The notes under the pieces: generated by a model | The model's database searches: none | The model's input: the letters and a program-made list of their open reading frames with translations, nothing else | Told to the model about the DNA's origin: nothing | Shown: positions 61,095-64,000 of the stretch, one piece after another | Layout: every line of letters starts with the position of its first letter | Position numbering within the stretch: the stretch's first letter is position 1 | Assembly: GCA_963762255.1 (NCBI GenBank) | Contig: CAVXKA010000002.1 | Coordinates: 896,001 to 960,000 of the forward strand | Source of the DNA: Candidatus Eiseniibacteriota bacterium | Lineage (GTDB): Bacteria; Eisenbacteria; RBG-16-71-46; JABDJR01 | Length of the DNA stretch: 64,000 nt | Direction: 5' to 3' | Made by a program: the position numbers and the translations under genes

Positions 61095-61770
61095 CGGGCC
61101 ACAGATCTCCCTGATCGCACTCCATCACCCACGCGGTGTTGCGGCGGTGGATGGGGCACGGGCCGAGGCGCCGCAGTGCCTCGTGGTGCTCCGGCGTGGG
61201 GTAGCCCATGTGACGCGCGAACCCGTAACCCGGGTGGCGTCGGTCCATCCGCCGCATGAGCGCATCGCGGAACGCCTTGGCCACCAGGCTCGCGCACGCG
61301 ATCTGATAGAAGGTGGCGTCCCCCTTCGTGTGCGCCTCCTGCGGGAGATCGATGCCGGGTATCGTGCGCGCGTCGACTAGCACGAGTTCGGGCGACGGGT
61401 CGAGGCGCCGCACCGCGCGCGCCATCGCGCGCAGCCCCGCGTGGTAGACGTTGACGCGTTCGATCTCGCGCGCGCTCGCCACGCCGATCCCGGCCGCGAT
61501 CGCCTCGGCGAGGATCTCGCGCGCCAGACGCTCGCGCTCGTCCGGAGAGAGCACCTTCTTGGAATCGTCCACGCCGCGAATCGCCGAATCCTCGGGCATG
61601 ATCACCGCCGCCGCCACGAGCGGGCCGGCCAGCGGTCCCACCCCCACCTCATCCACGCCGGCGAGCAGGCGGATCCCGCGTTTGCGATAGGGCTGCTCCC
61701 TGCGGCGAAGTCGCCACATCACCGGGACCACACGCTTCTTGGTCGCCTTCGCGCTTGCCACCGTCGTCAT
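61081..61770 (-). CDS. rnhB: Ribonuclease HII
   Basis: GVDEVGVGPLAGP, DSKK, KGD, ASLVAK, GYPT. Confidence 0.92.
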   Translation of the reverse strand: MTTVASAKATKKRVVPVMWRLRRREQPYRKRGIRLLAGVDEVGVGPLAGPLVAAAVIMPEDSAIRGVDDSKKVLSPDERERLAREILAEAIAAGIGVASAREIERVNVYHAGLRAMARAVRRLDPSPELVLVDARTIPGIDLPQEAHTKGDATFYQIACASLVAKAFRDALMRRMDRRHPGYGFARHMGYPTPEHHEALRRLGPCPIHRRNTAWVMECDQGDLWPVKTP

Positions 61771-61838
61771 GGGCCATCATCCTAGTGCGCGGTCGGGCGG
61801 CCCACAACCCGCCCCCGCGAGAAAGGACGCAGCGCGAG

Positions 61839-62441
61839 GTGAAGATCTACACACGGTCGGGAGATCGCGGCGAGACCGCGCTGTTCGGCGGCGGCCGCGT
61901 GATGAAGGACAACGATCGCATCGAGGCCTACGGCACGACGGACGAGCTGACCGCCTATCTTGGGTGGATTCGCAGCTGCACTCCGCACCGTGATCTCGAG
62001 GAGATCCTGCGCGAGGCGCAGAAGGCGCTCTTCGACATCGGCGCGCACCTCGCTACGCCGCCGGAAGCGCTGAAGGCGTGCGCGGTGCTCCCGCCACTCC
62101 GCCCGGAGCGAGTGGCCGAGCTGGAAGCTGCCATCGACAAGCTGGAAGGCGAGCTCGAGCCGCTCACTTCGTTCATCCTGCCGGGCGGCACCGAGGAGAG
62201 CGCGCTCTTCCACGTCGCGCGCTCGGTGTGTCGGCGCGCGGAACGGGTGGTCGTGGCGATGCGCATCGACGAGATGCTTCCGCTCCCCGAACCCGGCCTC
62301 GCCTACCTCAATCGCCTCTCCGATCTCCTTTTCGTCATGGCCCGCGTGGTGAACCGGCGGGCGGGAGCGGCCGACGAGCTCTGGATCCCGGAGCGGCCGG
62401 ACGGTGCCGAGACGCCCCCGCTCCCGGGCGGGGGCGTGTAA
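61839..62441 (+). CDS. PduO-type cob(I)alamin adenosyltransferase
   Basis: KIYTRSGDRGET, YGTTDEL, FILPGG, CRRAER, LNRLSD. Confidence 0.92.
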   Translation: MKIYTRSGDRGETALFGGGRVMKDNDRIEAYGTTDELTAYLGWIRSCTPHRDLEEILREAQKALFDIGAHLATPPEALKACAVLPPLRPERVAELEAAIDKLEGELEPLTSFILPGGTEESALFHVARSVCRRAERVVVAMRIDEMLPLPEPGLAYLNRLSDLLFVMARVVNRRAGAADELWIPERPDGAETPPLPGGGV

Positions 62442-62447
62442 TCGATC

Positions 62448-63464
62448 ATGCGTGAGTTCTATCCCCTGCCGCAGATCATGCAACGCGCGGTACTCGAGCG
62501 AAACGGCCGCTTCCGCCTGGAGACGGTGCCGCTGCCCGAGCTTGAATCGGGCGATCTCCTCTTTCGATTGCTGTCCGCCGGCATTGGCCCAGCCGACCTC
62601 GACCTCACGCTCAACGTCGGACGCACGCCTTCGGCGCTGCCGGTGACGGAGATCGCTGCGGCGGGCGAAGGCGTCTCCGGGTGGAATCCGCTCGATCGCG
62701 CGCTTCTGCTCGCGCCGCTGCTTGCGGTCGGCGGTGCGCCCTTCGAAGGCCTGGCGGAATTTGTACGAGTGCCGGCAGGAGCAGTGCACGGCGGCGGCGT
62801 CATCAAGCTTCCTATGGAGATCCCCGCCGACGATGCGACGCTCATCCCCGCGGCGGCGATGGCCGCGCGGGTGCTGCACGAGACGCGCTCGTCGAATGCA
62901 GCGGGGCTCCTGGTGCTGGGGCTCGGGCTCGCGGGCCAGGCGCTCATCCGCATGGCGCGCCATCAGGGCGTGCGTGCGGTGGTGGCCGTGGACACGTCGG
63001 CCACGCTTCGCGAGCGCGCGTCGTGGAGCGGCGCGACGCATGTCGTGCGCGTCCCCGAGGAACAGGTGCGCGCGGCGGTGATGGATGCGACGGGCGGAGC
63101 AGGAGTCCAGGCGGCGGTGATCCTCACCGGGGATCCGTCGTACGCGCCGGAGGCGCTGCAGTCCCTGGCGCCGCGCGGCACACTGATCCTCGGTGCGCCC
63201 TTCCCGGCGTCCTTCCTCTTCGCGGTGCCGGGCACGCTCGTGCAGCGTCGCGAGCTGCGCATCATCGGGGTGAGCGGCTTCGAGACACGCGACGTGCGTG
63301 ACGCGATGCAGGCGTTGCGGCTGGGGATCGTCAACGCGGAGACGCTCGTCTCCAAGCATGTCGCGTGGTCGGAACTCCCCTCGATGGAGCTGGAGCCCGG
63401 CTACTGGTCGCACGGCACTCACGTCGTGGTGGAAGGCCCCGAGGACCTGGCGCCGGAGAGCTAG
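62448..63464 (+). CDS. MDR/Zn-alcohol-dehydrogenase-fold protein lacking canonical Zn ligands
   Basis: GLGLAG Rossmann motif; GIGPAD in place of GICGSD; no GHE. Confidence 0.65.
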   Translation: MREFYPLPQIMQRAVLERNGRFRLETVPLPELESGDLLFRLLSAGIGPADLDLTLNVGRTPSALPVTEIAAAGEGVSGWNPLDRALLLAPLLAVGGAPFEGLAEFVRVPAGAVHGGGVIKLPMEIPADDATLIPAAAMAARVLHETRSSNAAGLLVLGLGLAGQALIRMARHQGVRAVVAVDTSATLRERASWSGATHVVRVPEEQVRAAVMDATGGAGVQAAVILTGDPSYAPEALQSLAPRGTLILGAPFPASFLFAVPGTLVQRRELRIIGVSGFETRDVRDAMQALRLGIVNAETLVSKHVAWSELPSMELEPGYWSHGTHVVVEGPEDLAPES

Positions 63465-63626
63465 CCACCCGCCCCGCCGCTGCAGCACCTGACCAATAGT
63501 GTCATGTGTAGGGTGATTCCTCCCAACACGGCTTCCCGAACGAAATGCGCCTTTGACTTTGCCTACTGATTGGGCATAAAGTAATTGTAAGTCCTCCCCT
63601 CGACTGGCGCCTGAAGGAGGTTGCCG

Positions 63627-64000
63627 ATGTCGAGAACCCTCGGTCCGGCCGCGCGGTCGTTCGCGATTGCGTCTCTGGTGTTTCTTGCCCTCTTCGGTTT
63701 CGGCTGCGGCTCCGGCCATGGCCCACGAGGCGAAAACCAGCTCCCCACGGCACAACTCACCGCCGGCCCCGTCGAAGGCGATACTACGAGCTACGAGGTG
63801 CGCCTGTTCTGGACGGGCAACGATCCGGACGGGTTCGTCAGCGCCTACGAGATCGCGGTCGACCCTCCGGATGAGCTTTCAACCGCGGAATGGGAGCGGA
63901 CGACCGAGTTCAGCCGACTCTTCCGGTTCTCCACCTCTGAGGCCGAGTCCGCGGGAAGCGTGACGTCGAAGCTGGCCACCGGCCGTTTCCTCGGCATGCA
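63627..64000 (+). CDS. Hypothetical lipoprotein (5' part; runs off the window edge)
   Basis: AAGGAGG RBS; MSRTL...FGFGC lipobox; NQLPT..LTAGP..FWTGNDPDG; TTGACT-18-TAAAGT upstream. Confidence 0.7.
   Translation, partial: MSRTLGPAARSFAIASLVFLALFGFGCGSGHGPRGENQLPTAQLTAGPVEGDTTSYEVRLFWTGNDPDGFVSAYEIAVDPPDELSTAEWERTTEFSRLFRFSTSEAESAGSVTSKLATGRFLGM

Noticed and set aside
61839-63464. PduO-type and ADH-like genes as satellite parts of the microcompartment
   Set aside because: No B12-dependent enzyme in the BMC locus, no encapsulation peptide, 29 kb away, and the ADH-like protein lacks Zn ligands

Overview
GC-rich chromosome segment of a diderm bacterium. T9SS-type C-terminal sorting domains and PorV-like barrels suggest an FCB-group candidate lineage such as Eisenbacteria, Latescibacterota or Krumholzibacteriota; this is inference only. 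About 33 kb of the left half (3.4-36.6 kb), almost all on the minus strand, reads as a coherent nucleic-acid-eating super-locus. It encodes T9SS-type surface proteins with lamin-tail-like, Ig-like and OB-fold domains, a ComEA-HhH/beta-barrel fusion, two FadL/PorV-like barrels, a ComEC-type MBL lipoprotein and a 5'-nucleotidase. These are followed by a nucleoside salvage operon (hpt, deaminase, add, udk, PNP), a sugar-phosphate-utilisation-type microcompartment (rpiB, deoC, AldDH, 6 shell genes) and an ADP-forming acetate-CoA ligase. The right half has an HNH gene studded with a GCTCACCCGGGTGAGC palindrome. A covarying structured repeat downstream of it recurs 12 kb away. There is also a probable sphingolipid operon (spt-bCerS-cerR-PAP2) and housekeeping genes (sufS, E1 fusion, pit, dapDCE, htpX/lemA, fabI, rnhB). 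Seven single-base frameshifts in four genes look like sequencing errors. No tRNA, rRNA or CRISPR array was seen.
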